A DNA stretch of 63,634 nt, counting the filler, from Vannella sp. (Eukaryota): NCBI GenBank assembly GCA_023345925.1. It is 5 parts of 5 records of this genome, joined end to end, with 100 filler letters (N's around TTAATTAATTAA, not from the genome) between each part and the next. Parts side by side here need not be neighbours in the genome. Positions count along the whole stretch, not along the records: positions 31,127 to 53,000 come from JAJQQN010000678.1; positions 53,101 to 59,093 come from JAJQQN010000593.1; 3 more parts are not named here. One strand, given 5' to 3'. Positions 43,149-55,276 of this stretch are shown here, one piece after another; positions within the stretch are counted from its first letter, which is position 1; each line of letters begins with the position of its first letter. The notes below the pieces were generated by a model. That model did no database searches, was not told where the DNA came from, and saw only the letters and a list, made by a program, of their open reading frames with translations. The translations under genes were made by a program, and so were the position numbers.

Positions 43149-44100
43149 ATGGGTGTGTGTTCATGCAGACGACGCGCGGAGCTCTTCTGCTACGTTCATA
43201 GGAAAGCAGTTTGTTCTTCTTGTATTTTAGATCATCCTACGGTAGGTGGGGTGTTGGGGGTAGCTTGTGGGGAGCGCTCTTTCTTGGACGACGTTCTGGT
43301 GCTGATGTCTTCCTTCTAGTGCGTGGTGGGGTTGTATTTGGATTGGCTACGAGACTCAGATTACCAACAACCAGCATGTGCCGTATGCTCTGGTGGTTTT
43401 GATGAAACCTCTCCAGTTGTTCGTCTGACCTGCCTTCGTCCGTGTTGCCCTGCCTCTCTCAACCGTCACTCACTCGCTTTGGTTTAGACATTATCCACCC
43501 GGCTTGCTTACAACATCTCGCCTCCCAACTCCCTCCTCACACTGCACAAGCCGGCTATGCATGTCCATTTTGCACCGTGAGTCCCTCTCTGGGCGATTGC
43601 AGGAGCTAACGCCATCCATTCGTCCTAGAAACCGATCATTCCTTCTGAAGACGATAAGACTGATCTCGCTAATACCCTCCGAGATGTGCTTGGAACTCAA
43701 GCGTGGGCCAAGTCCTTCCTCCAAGGAGGGGCTGGCAAGAATACGATAGAAGTGGGTGGCCTTGAGCAGAGTGGAGATGGTCGGGAACAAATCGCCATCT
43801 CCCGCAAGAGTGGCGCCCGCGACAGTGACGCAGAGTTTTCAGAGTATGACAGCGATACCACCGAGAACAAGTACCGCCGCAGAGGTGTGATGCAACTTCT
43901 TGTTGCTCTTGGTGTCTTGTACGTGCTTGAGGTGAGATCGTCGTGTGGACTGGTACTGATCGCCTTCTAGAACGCCAGGTCAGGGCGGACATGTGCTGAA
44001 TAGCCGAAGGCTGGTTGTCATGTTCCTCGTCTTATCCCTCATCCTATTGATATGGGTTCTATTCGTCTCTTCAAAGCCTGCCATCCCGGACACTCCCTGA
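43149..44100 (+). CDS. ZFPL1: Zinc finger protein-like 1 (Golgi B-box/RING + C-terminal TM)
   Basis: Spliced reading MGVCSCRRRAELFCYVHRKAVCSSCILDHPT|CVVGLYLDWLRDSDYQQPACAVC..VRLTCL|DIIHPACL..LPPHTAQAGYACPFC..ENKYRRR..hydrophobic tail. Not captured by the ORF track. Confidence 0.9.
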
Positions 44101-44519
44101 GGCTCCCATTCGTTCTCCTCTCTTCGAGCCACAAGTGCTTTGCTCACTTAATAAACAGACAGGCGGGACGATTTCGCCTACTTTCCATTGGACTTCCAGA
44201 CCGGTTACCGGGTCTCGTTTTGCCGCACTCTCGCAGTCACGGTGTCAAGCTCCTCAGAGATCAGAAAACAGGTGCAAGAGACGATTTCATTCTTCCTTCA
44301 GGGAGATGGAGGCTCCCTTTCATCACCCAACAAGAGAGCTGGTGTGGGACATTGCCTTTCTGAGTATAATTCCCTTTTTCGTACTCGGAAATTTCTTCAC
44401 CACACTGGACGAACCGGGGAATCACCAAAAATGGGTACAGAGCTTCGGAGTAGTACCTCGGATTGGCACTGAGCTTTTGTGGGTGTTCTTGAGGCCGGGA
44501 GACTGATTTTTTAGCAGCA

Positions 44520-45035
44520 ATGGACACCCCCACATGCCCAAAGGTCGTACGCCTTGTCATGGATCCGAACTGTAATCAAGACAAGTTGGAAGGATACAGG
44601 AATAGGTTTGGATACGTATCTCATTCAGGCTCGACACTTCTGCATTTCGCCACTCTTGGTGATAAAGTGGAAACGATTGAGCGTTTGCTTGATCACGGCC
44701 TCTCCCTTACAGCAACCAACCACTACGGGGAGTCTCCTTTACATTGGTCCTGCCGACAAGCCAGTCCTGAAGTGGTCCAGCTGCTCTTGGAGCGAAACGC
44801 TGACGTCAATCTTGCTGATAATGACGGCAATACTCCTCTCCACTGGGCTGCAAGCGAGGATAACATCCCAGTCATACAACTCCTCCTCGCAGCAGGCGGT
44901 TCCTCAGGAACGAGGAACCGAGATTTCTTGCTGCCAGTTGATGTTGCTTCTCCCGAAGGGGCCGTCCTCATCGATCCCCATTCCATCCAACCACTTCGAA
45001 GGCTACTTCGCAGGGTCAGAAGGAGCCTTCACTAA
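44520..45035 (+). CDS. Small ankyrin-repeat protein, intronless
   Basis: GSTLLHFA, GESPLHWSC, GNTPLHWAA at 33-aa spacing. Confidence 0.92.
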   Translation: MDTPTCPKVVRLVMDPNCNQDKLEGYRNRFGYVSHSGSTLLHFATLGDKVETIERLLDHGLSLTATNHYGESPLHWSCRQASPEVVQLLLERNADVNLADNDGNTPLHWAASEDNIPVIQLLLAAGGSSGTRNRDFLLPVDVASPEGAVLIDPHSIQPLRRLLRRVRRSLH

Positions 45036-45605
45036 CAATAGGTTCCGGTTTTGTGTCCAGAAGAAAGCAAGCAGGTTGATAAAGTCCACTTTCAGGAACA
45101 CATGTTTGGATTCGGAAAGTTCTTGACGGAACCATCCAGCATTCCCTTGTTGGGCCTTCCTAACGGTCCGAATACTTATTCTCTGACATCCTTCGAACCA
45201 TTAGGAGCATAGCTGATCTTGAAGGTCCTGATTCGACGTAAACGTAAACGTCAACACCAAGACCACCTCCTGCAAGGTGGCGAACCATTCTCCCCCTTTG
45301 GGAACCTTCAAAGCTGTCCATTAAAGTTACCTTTGATACGTTGCGGGGTCTTTCAGTCCGACGAAGGCGGAGGTCGCGTGAACCATTCACCGACCTGAAA
45401 GGAAGTGGTCAATCATTGCCATAATGCTTTCATTTATAATAATCTAGTAAAGATATAATCACACAACACGGTTGGAGAATTTGCGGATCGATCCGAAAGT
45501 TTGGGTGAAAAGGAGTATAAATACAAACCCCTTCCCCTTGAACATGCTCCCTGTTGTGTAACCCGTTTGGGTGGTAGCGCTAACCACCGTTCTTGTGATC
45601 ATCTT

Positions 45606-48600
45606 ATGTCTACGAAGACTAGATTAGATCGGCTTCTCTCGTTGTTAGATGGTAAGAGAACATCAGAACTCTGCTGAGGCTGATGACGTGATAGCGGGGA
45701 CCTCGGCCGCTACGAGAAGTGCTGCTGCGCAGCAGATTGGAGAGATCCAAAAGCACCATCCTTATGACCTACAGAAGCTCCTCTTACGGGTAACTTGCCA
45801 CCTCATCCACGACTTATGTCGCAGGGAAGAGCTAATCGGGTGTAGGTTCACAAGTATTTGCGTAGTGAGAAGTGGGAAACACGTATCGCAGCTGGACAGG
45901 CCATCGCAGCTATCGTGGGTCAAGTTCCTGCATGGGATCCCACCTACGATCCCTCCAAGGCTTCTGAAGAGGTTTCTACAAACACAGGCAATCTACGATT
46001 CGACACAATAGACTTTGGTGCTGTCTTGGAGTCCGGAACGGTCCTTCTTGCCTCAGGAGGGACAGAGTTTGAGGAGGACCCCGCCGATCTCGACCCAGAC
46101 ACCCTCCTTGCACGGCAGAAGGCTCAACTGGAGCAGAGAATGGGTGTGAACTCTCATTTCATGAGCTTCGACGACATGGTGGACCCACAAGACTATCAAC
46201 CACACGTAACAGACGCAAAAGTGTACGTCTCACTCATTCCCACAGCGCTTGACTCAAGGACGTCCTCACCTGCTACGTAGAATCAAGACAGAGGACGCTC
46301 AGAAGCCCTCAGAGATCGACAACATCTTGGCAGGGTCTGAAGGCAGTGCGAGAGAGCGGAACCGACTCAAACGCCTGACCAAAGAGCAAGCCAAGAGTAA
46401 AGAACAAGAAAGGAAGCTCCTTGCAAGTTCTGGAGGCCTCCGAGGCTCCATGGCCCGTACGTATCAGACCCATATGAGCCAAATCGCTTCTAAGAACCTC
46501 TCAGAGGAGCGCAAAAAGGAGTTTAAGAACGTCATTACCGAGCAGCCGCAGACAAGTGACAAGTTAGTGATCGAGTCCGTCGCTGACAAGAACGCAACGC
46601 TCCATAACGAATGCGTTTGGCCTTTTCATATGCTCTCTGCCATATTCCTTAACGAGCTGTTCGAGTGAGTGAAACCTTTAGTTCTCCAGATTGAGCTGAC
46701 ATCCTTGGTTCAGTCCTTGTTGGGAGGTTCGCCATGGCGCAGCTGTGGGATTGAGGGAGGTTATCAAATTGCAAGGATCTGGAGCTGGCATTCGAGGTGA
46801 GGTTTCCGGGTGTTGGAAGTAATCTGGCTCATTGTGGTTGTTAGCCGATGTTCCTCCCGAGGAGCAAGCATTGCAACATAATCTCTGGGTGCAGGATTGC
46901 TGTATTCGCCTGCTTTGCGTATTTGCCTTGGACCGCTTTGGAGACTATGTTTCTGGGGACCAAGTGGTCGTTCCTGTTCGAGAGACCTGTGCCCAGGTCC
47001 TGGGAGCACTCTGCTCTCACCTCAATAGGGAGGATGTTCTACGCGCTTATGACACGTTAATCAACTTTCAGCGTTCTGATAAGTGGGAAGTACGCCACGG
47101 AAGCCTCTTAGGACTCAAATACCTGGTTGCTGTTCGGGTCGATCTGATGGAAGAGATCTTACCATCTGCAATCGACTTTATCATCAAAGGGTTCGTTGTG
47201 AACATGTCCAAGCGGCAATGTATTAACGATGAGTAGACTTACGGACAAAATGGATGATGTTCGCTCTGTGGCAGCGGAAACAATATTACCGGTCGCCTCC
47301 CACGTTGTTCGGGTCTGCTCCGACAAATTACCGGAGATTCTGGGAATACTGTGGGACACTCTTATGGAATTGGACGATCTTACTGCATCTACCAACAGTG
47401 TGATGAGTCTACTGGCTCAGTTCTATTCTCTGCCAGGAACCGCTGAGGCTTCAAGGGTTATGCTGGAGAAGAAGGTTTTGCAGGGCTCTGAAAGCCCTAT
47501 CGTAACCCTAATCCCTCGGTTATGGCCATTCCTTCAGCATAACATCGCAAGTGTTCGGAGTGCCACACTAGAAACGCTGCACAAGCTGTTTAACATTCCA
47601 GATTTATCACCCGACCCTTCCTGGATCATCTGCATTGCGCCACAGGGTCTCAGGCATCTCTTTCAAGCTATTTTGATGGAAGAGAGATCAGAGATAGTCC
47701 GCATTGCCCTTGACTTCTGGCGAATCTTTCTTGCCCAGATCGGCGAATACTACACTGCTAAAATCGCAGAGCAAATCATGCCTATTTGGATGCATCTGAT
47801 AAGCACACCGTGCGGGCAACCGCTCAATCGAGAGTATCTTTTGGAGTCCTTTTACAGCTCTTCTTTGGAAGAAGATAATGACAGCACCCCTTTCAAAGGG
47901 ACAAAGAGGAAAAAGTTACTCCCCAAAAGCGAGCCAGAGTCCAAACGTCCTCGTTCTGGCACAACCCCAAACGCCCCTTCTTCCTCTTCCCAAGTTTATA
48001 GCACAACAATGATGCGAGATAACGGGTGTGAAGCAATTGGGTTCCTCTTCAGCAAAATCCCCGTAGAGATGATACCAAAGTCTTATGCACTTCTGAGCGA
48101 GTATCTTTCTTCTATTGGTGCAAGTTATCGCTTGGTGGCATCTCTTGTTCTTGATGATATCATGTGCAATACCTCTTCTCCTCCTGACTTGGTTCTTGCT
48201 CCAACATTAGAATCCAAGCTGCTGTTGAGTCTCAACGAGAACGTCAAGTTCATTGAATTGAATCCATTTATTGCAGAGATGAAGAAAGAGTATTGCACAC
48301 TTACTACCAGCATGATTGCCTTTGGCGCACCGGCAAGTGCTTTCGAAGTTGTTGCCAAAGTTGACACAAACTATTGCCAACACACTGCCACCACTCAATT
48401 CGAACAGTTTATCAGCCAAATTCAAGATCGTCTCGACGAGCCCACCATTGGACAACTTCGTGCAAGGCAGCAAGCATTGTTGAATGCCATAGAAATAACC
48501 CAATCTACAGAAGGCCGATTGGCACTATCTGTGAAAGGAATGGCAGCAACTGTCCTTGTACGCTGGTCCCGACTCCCAGCCAAGCTGAATTCAGTCATCC

Positions 48601-51295
48601 GCTCTTTGATGAATAGTCTAAAGAAGGAGGTTGACTCTTCTCTTCAAATGCGAACAGCAAGAGCTTTGGCTACTTTAACTCGCCAAGTGAGAGAGCGAGC
48701 AGCTAACCCGAATGCTAAGATCATTCAGAATGTCTGTAAATGCTTGAGCATTGAATCGGACACTGAGAAGGAGTCGGAGACAACGAACGTTGCCGCTCGA
48801 GGAGCGAAGTTTGTGCTGCAGTCAGCGGCCCAAATATACGGGCCTCTTCTAATCGAACAGCTGCCATCAATCAAGACACTACTGGAAGCTATCCTCGCCC
48901 CAAGCCCGCCTCCCAAAACTGTGGTTGAAACAATGCAGCTCTTTCAAGTTCTCCTTCCAGCGGTGTCTCCGGATCTACATTCCTACTTTCTCCAACTTTT
49001 TAGGACCCTCTTCCAACTTGTCCAGTCTCCAGAACCCTTCGTGCGCACGTGGGTGTCCAAGGCTATTGCGGTGTTCTGTCAGGTATCAACGTTGCCTTGT
49101 ATGAAGTTGGTGATAGAAGTACTTCTCCCATTCCTTGGCCGGTCAGAAGATGAGTCATCTCGCCTAGGAGTGGCAGAAGCTGTCCAGTACATCATCGAGT
49201 ACTTGGAAATCCAAGTCATCCCCTATTTAGTCTTCCTGATTGTCCCAACACTTGGTCGCATGAGTGACCAAAGCATTGAAGTTCGCAAGATTGTCACTCG
49301 TTCCTTTGCAACCCTGGTTCGGTTAATGCCCCTGGAAAGTGGCGTGGAAGACCCTGAAGGATTCACTCCGGAGATGAAACAGCAGAAGGTGGTTGAGCGG
49401 AAGTTCCTCGAACAGTTGCTGGACGCTTCTAAGCTTGAGCCATTCGAGCTTCCCATTCCCGTTAACGCACAGTTGCGAAAATACCAACAGGATGGATTGA
49501 ATTGGCTCGCATTCTTACAAAAGTACAAGTTACATGGGATTCTGTGTGATGACATGGGCTTAGGGAAGACTTTGCAAACGCTCTGTATCGTTGTCAGTTC
49601 CAATTTCGCCCGTAAGCGGCATTTTGGACTTACTAAGGACCCATCAAGCGCTGTACTCCCTTCCATGGTAGTTTGTCCTCCTACTGTCACTGGTCACTGG
49701 TACCACGAGATCAAAAAGTTCTTCTCTGACTATGCTAAGCCAATTCAGTATACCGGAAACCCCTCAGAACGTTCTGCCCTCTTCAACACTCTCTCTGAGT
49801 ATGACATTGTCGTCCTCTCGTACGACATCCTCCGCAACGACATTGAACTCTTGAAAAAGATCTCTTGGAACTATTGTGTCCTTGATGAGGGCCACATCAT
49901 TCGCAATGCAAAGGCTCGTATCACCCAAGCAGCCAAGATGGTTCCCGCCAACTACCGGCTCATTCTTTCAGGCACTCCAATCCAAAACAATGTTTTGGAG
50001 CTTTGGTCTATGTTTGACTTCCTAATGCCTGGGTTCCTGGGGAGCGAGAAGCAGTTCAAGACGTTGTATGGGAAGCCGATTCTCGCTTCTAAAGATCCAA
50101 AGTGCTCTCAGTCTGATCAGGAGCGCGGAATTTTGGCATTGGAGGCTTTGCATCGTCAGGTGCTCCCGTTCCTACTTCGCCGAGTGAAAGAGGATGTCCT
50201 TCACGATCTCCCACCAAAGATCATTCAAGATTACTACTGTGAATTGAGCCCTCTTCAGAAGAGACTTTATGAGGACTTTGCCCATTCACCAACATACCAA
50301 TCCATCCAAGCGAACATTGCGCTTAATGGAGACACTCCAGTCTCCGTGGAATCTTCTAAACCAGAGAAGAAGGGTCCTGGTGTCTTCCAAGCGCTTCAGT
50401 ATCTTCGAAAGCTTGTCAATCACCCCATGCTGGTGTTGAATCCCAATCACCCGGAGTATGCGTCTATCGTAGACGACTTACAAAAGTCAGGAGACTCTAT
50501 ACACGGTCTCCACCATGCTCCAAAGCTCGTCGCTTTGGAAGCGCTTTTGAAGGAGTGTGGGACTGGTTCTGGAAGTCACGAAGAAGATTTAGAAGCTCCC
50601 GTGATTCGCCATCGTGTGCTCATATTTGCACAACTCAAGACGATGTTAGACCTTGTGGAGAGTGATCTCCTCAAGACCAAATTCCCAAAAGCTAGTTATT
50701 TGAGGTTAGATGGGTCGGTTCCTGCCAACAAGCGCCATGATCTTGTCACCAAGTTCAACGATGATCCTACCATTGACCTTCTCCTTCTGACAACTCATGT
50801 GGGCGGGCTTGGATTGAATCTGACAGGAGCTGACACGGTTATCTTTATCGAACATGACTGGAATCCGATGAAAGATCTCCAAGCAATGGATCGAGCCCAC
50901 CGTCTCGGTCAAACCAAAGTCGTCAACGTCTATCGTCTCATCACTCGTGGAACTCTCGAGGAAAAGATCATGGGGTTCGTAGTCTTGGTATAGTTGAGGC
51001 TTCAGAGGTGACTTACTGCTGGGGCAAACTCAGATTACAAAAGTTCAAGATGAATATTGCCAACTCTGTGGTTAATCAAGACAACAGTTCTTTGAGATCC
51101 ATGGACACCAACCAACTTTTGGATCTTTTTGACTTGCAGTCAGACCAATCCACAGAAAAGGCTGGAAAAGACTTCACTAACCCCAATCAGCCACTTCATA
51201 GCCAAGACACAGAGGAGTTCATTTCTCTCTGGGATGATACTCAGTACACCGAAGAGTACAATCTTGATCAATTCGTTTCTTCCCTCCGTAAATAA
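45606..51295 (+). CDS. BTAF1: TBP-associated SNF2 ATPase MOT1/BTAF1
   Basis: [86 protein letters not shown]; several short introns. Confidence 0.97.
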
Positions 51296-51347
51296 ACGAT
51301 TATGGTTGCAAATGATCTTTTAGGGTTTTATGAATTGACTATACATA

Positions 51348-51395
51348 GGAAAGAACCAGATACAGCTTTTTGGAAAGAACCAGATACAGCTTTTT
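51348..51395 (+). repeat. 24-nt direct tandem repeat x2
   Basis: ggaaagaaccagatacagcttttt occurs twice, just downstream of BTAF1. Confidence 0.85.
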
Positions 51396-53000
51396 GGGAC
51401 TGGATTCTTCAAAGGTCACAGTCTTCTCTGTCACAGAAGATCCCTCTGAGTACGAATCGACATCGGCGAGATAAATCCTTTGTTGCCCGGTGGATGCCGG
51501 GTCTAACTCGACCTTGAGCGTTACAATGTCTCCATCGAGGAATCTAGATAACGTGACGGTTCGGTGACTCCCCATCTTCCGAAAAGGAGAGAGGCGTAAC
51601 ACCCATGGAACAGAAGCTAAGCATCTCACTCTCTCGTGGCGGCCGCTCGTTTCTGTTCACATTGCCGATTTGCTCGGCTAGCCACAAGCACGAAAGCTCC
51701 TCCGGAGCAAAAAGAGCGCGTCGAGAAGCGCACCCAGAATACCTTTTCTTCCATGACGGAGATTGGGAGGTTCGGACGGTGAATCAAGATGTCCAGCAAC
51801 CTATTCTTGACTAAACCTGACTTCGACCTAAGAAACACTCTCTTCTGGAAGGTATTCTGTGGCTCTGAGAGAGGATGTCAATCTCTTTCCACTTCTGCAA
51901 CTCCTTCTCCTTGGGGGATGGAGGGGGTTGTGAAGGGGTCCCTGAAGGCTTGGGAGGGCGTGGGGGACGGAGAGGAGCTCCATGGATTAGGGGCTGGGCA
52001 GTGAAAGGGACCCTGAGGGTTTGAAGAGGCTTGGAAGGGCTGAGAAGGGCGTGGAACGGACTCAAGAGGCCTTGGTCGGGACTCCTAGTGTCGTGGAGGG
52101 GGATTCAGCGAGTTTAAATAGGCATGAATGGGACTCTGAAGCTTGAAAGGGAACTAAGGCCGTCGTGGACTCAGGAGGGCGTAGGATGGACTATGGAGGG
52201 GAAGCACTTTTCAATGGAGGCCAGCCAACGTTGACTGGGGCGGTGAATTCTCTTGAAGATGGGGGCAGAACTCCTATTTGCGTAACATGCCCTGATGGCC
52301 TCCATCTCTTCAGAATAAGCTTTTGGACTGATTTCGTTCTCTTCACTTGGTACTTTCTTGTTCCTCTCTGGATTATCATCATCACCGTGGCCTGTTGGTC
52401 CGCATTCATCCAATGGATTCTTCATTCGCCAGAACAAGAAGAACAAGAAATCCAATGCTGCCCTCCCTGCTGAAGAAGAAGAAGACAGCTGGTCCGATGG
52501 CGAATAGACCTCAAGAAATCTATTCCCTCTTCTTTCTCATCACTGAACAGACGACTTAGCTATTGAAGTGGCACTTCCTTAACCGCACAGATAAGAGGCC
52601 TCTTCTACCCAAATGAGCCTTCTTGTGAGGGACTAGTCATCCTCAATGAATGATGGGGAAACTCTACCAAGAGCTTCTTCTGAAGGTGAAGCATCAGAAT
52701 ACTCAAGAATCATTGTATTTCGATGCTCTCCCCAAGAATCAGTCTTCCGAGAAGCCAGTTCGTAGGTTGGGAAACAGTTTGGGATCATTGGGAGGCTGGG
52801 TGGGGAGTTGGATGGTCGATCTTTTCAGTGTGGCCAAGTCCCAGCTGGCGATCTGTTGAAGACGAAAGCTACAACCGTTAGGGATGCACCTAACACTAGA
52901 GAATGGAAGGCCTCACAGCAAACTGCCAGGTTTCCTCCTCCAAGCTCTTCAATCTTTTGAAGAGTTTGAACATCTCCTGATCGTCCAGTGCAGGGTTTCA

Positions 53001-53100
53001 NNNNNNNNNNNNNNNNNNNNNNNNNNNNNNNNNNNNNNNNNNNNTTAATTAATTAANNNNNNNNNNNNNNNNNNNNNNNNNNNNNNNNNNNNNNNNNNNN
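53001..53100. other. Artificial contig spacer
   Basis: N run with central TTAATTAATTAA. Confidence 0.98.
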
Positions 53101-53104
53101 TCAC

Positions 53105-54988
53105 ATGAACGAGAATGGCCCTGAGAGGGCTGAAGTTCCTTCAGGCATAGGTCGACGCCCCCCACCACCTTCCACACCTCCTCCTGATGGTCCAAGCCAG
53201 AGGGGCCGGGGAGCGGGCAGAGGATTGGGCGTTCGTCCACCTCCACCTCGAGGTGCTCCTTCAACTGTGGCTGTCAATCCACGCGTTCCACAGGCACCTC
53301 CTCCTCGTCCAACCGCAAGGCCAGGTGCTCCTCCCCGTCGTCTACCACCTTCGCGAACAACCAGCGAGGGGGCAGCCAACGAGGAGCCTTCTGAGGAGAC
53401 TCCTTCTGTTCCTACCCCATTAATACCCCAAGTCCTTCGAACAGGCTCGGAGAAAGCCCTCGTACCACCCCGTGCTTTGCCCCGGGCTGCAAACTCGATG
53501 GTCGTTGACGGAAACCAAGTTGCCTTGGAAGGAAGCTCAACATCGGACGCTATCCCTCCACCTGTGGCCACTCGTGGTCGCGGGGTAGGTAGGGGGAGAC
53601 CCATTCCAAACCCTCGCAACATCCCCCCTCCTCAGACTCCTCCTCCTCCCACTACCACTCCAGAGGTTTCTGTAGCTCCAGTCCCAAGAAGTATGGAGGT
53701 GAGTGTTGCACCACCTCCAGTTCGACCCCGCCCTCCTGCTTCAGATCCTTCCCCGGTGATTGCAACCTCTGGAGAAGCTCCTCTTGTAGCTTTGGAGTCC
53801 CCCAAAGGTTCTGTCACTACCTTTGAGAAGGCCAAGCCACGTGTCTCGGGAGTTCAGCAAAACAAGATCTCTCCTCAACGCTCGGCATCGATTGAGGGCG
53901 ATACGAAACCACAACAACCGCCAATTCGCTCTCAGTTGTCTCAAGAGCGGATGGCTGTTCCTCAATCATCGAGCGCCAGTCCCATCTCTGGCCCAGTGGT
54001 CTCAAATCCTGTGGTAACTACAACTGCTGCGCCCCCTGTTCGTCGGAGGGCAGCTTTGATGACCTTGCCAGCACCAATGGCTCCAAGTGAAAACGCCACG
54101 GCCACTGTGAAGGAGTCCCTCATTGCTCTCGAGCAAGGATTCACCCAATTCATTCTTTGGGGATTGGACGCGTACGGGAGTGACCCTTCATTGCAATCAG
54201 ATGAAGAGCGAGCGGCTGTTTTTGGTAATCTTCACCAAATTGCGGCTGTTCACACTGCTTCGATGTCGGGCGGTCCAGCCCATGAGGTCTTATTCTCGTT
54301 GATTAAGAGTCTCTCTTTGTATCTTTTTTATGTGGCTCATCTTGGAGGTGCTCTCGCTACTACTGCCCGTTTGAAGCAATCAGGAGATCTTTCTACGCAA
54401 TCAGGAGTACCTATTGAGGCTATTCTTGAGCGGCCCAAGCAGCATCTTGAAGCCTATCCCTTAGTTATCGCCTCCTGGGCAGAAAGGGCAGACTCTCCCG
54501 AGGAGTGCGATCGCTTGAACGAAGCGGCGCTAGCCTTTGAGAGCATTGTTCGACAGGTTCGGAAGAGAGATGCTCTTCCAAAGCACCTTATCAGACTCTG
54601 GGATATCGAGCAGAGTTTCCAAATTGTGCCATCTTCTCTGGGGGAAACCCGAGAACTATTTCTGGAAGGATCTGCTCGCTTAAAGGTTGATAGCAAGAAT
54701 CTTCTGAGTCCAGCTACTTTCATGAAGGTATTCATGCTCAAAGGTCTGGTGATTGTTGCAAGCTTAGCAGCTGCAGCAAGTGGCGGTCACCTGTGCAGCC
54801 AAGTGTGGATTAATCCTGAAGAACTGATCGTCACAGACCTCCCTGGCTCTTATTTACAGTTTGAAGCACAAGGGCGACAACTCTCTCTGGAGTTGCCTTC
54901 TCGAAATGACAAGGCTCGTTGGATGAGTTACCTCCCCGTGCAATATCCTGGTGGGCGGCGTCCTCTTACACTCTCTGTGCAGCTCTGA
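53105..54988 (+). CDS. Proline-rich protein with divergent DH-PH (RhoGEF-like) module
   Basis: LIALEQGF, AVFGNLHQIAAVH, ILERPKQHLEAYPL, RLWDIEQSF, PH-like end DKARWM. Begins at the contig edge. Confidence 0.75.
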   Translation: MNENGPERAEVPSGIGRRPPPPSTPPPDGPSQRGRGAGRGLGVRPPPPRGAPSTVAVNPRVPQAPPPRPTARPGAPPRRLPPSRTTSEGAANEEPSEETPSVPTPLIPQVLRTGSEKALVPPRALPRAANSMVVDGNQVALEGSSTSDAIPPPVATRGRGVGRGRPIPNPRNIPPPQTPPPPTTTPEVSVAPVPRSMEVSVAPPPVRPRPPASDPSPVIATSGEAPLVALESPKGSVTTFEKAKPRVSGVQQNKISPQRSASIEGDTKPQQPPIRSQLSQERMAVPQSSSASPISGPVVSNPVVTTTAAPPVRRRAALMTLPAPMAPSENATATVKESLIALEQGFTQFILWGLDAYGSDPSLQSDEERAAVFGNLHQIAAVHTASMSGGPAHEVLFSLIKSLSLYLFYVAHLGGALATTARLKQSGDLSTQSGVPIEAILERPKQHLEAYPLVIASWAERADSPEECDRLNEAALAFESIVRQVRKRDALPKHLIRLWDIEQSFQIVPSSLGETRELFLEGSARLKVDSKNLLSPATFMKVFMLKGLVIVASLAAAASGGHLCSQVWINPEELIVTDLPGSYLQFEAQGRQLSLELPSRNDKARWMSYLPVQYPGGRRPLTLSVQL

Positions 54989-55276
54989 ATAAACAGAGAT
55001 GACCGTCAGACAGGCCCAAGTTGGCAAGATCATTTCATTATGGCAAACAATCCTGATCAAACATAAAAGATGTTCTCAAGTCAGGATTAGTTGTCTATTA
55101 TGATATCGGACGCTCTAAACTTGGAATTCAAGAGAACTTTGAGGACTCGGTTCAAGGGCCAATCAAAATCGATGATTCGCCCCGTTTGGGCCTTTCGATT
55201 GGTCAAAGCCCGCTTCTCTTACGTTCATTCTTTGGGACCTCGCGAAGACACCGGTGGTTGGTTGGAAGCGACCAAG

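Noticed and set aside
51400..53000. Short ORFs downstream of BTAF1
   Set aside because: No recognisable domain or consistent exon chain; possibly decayed sequence.
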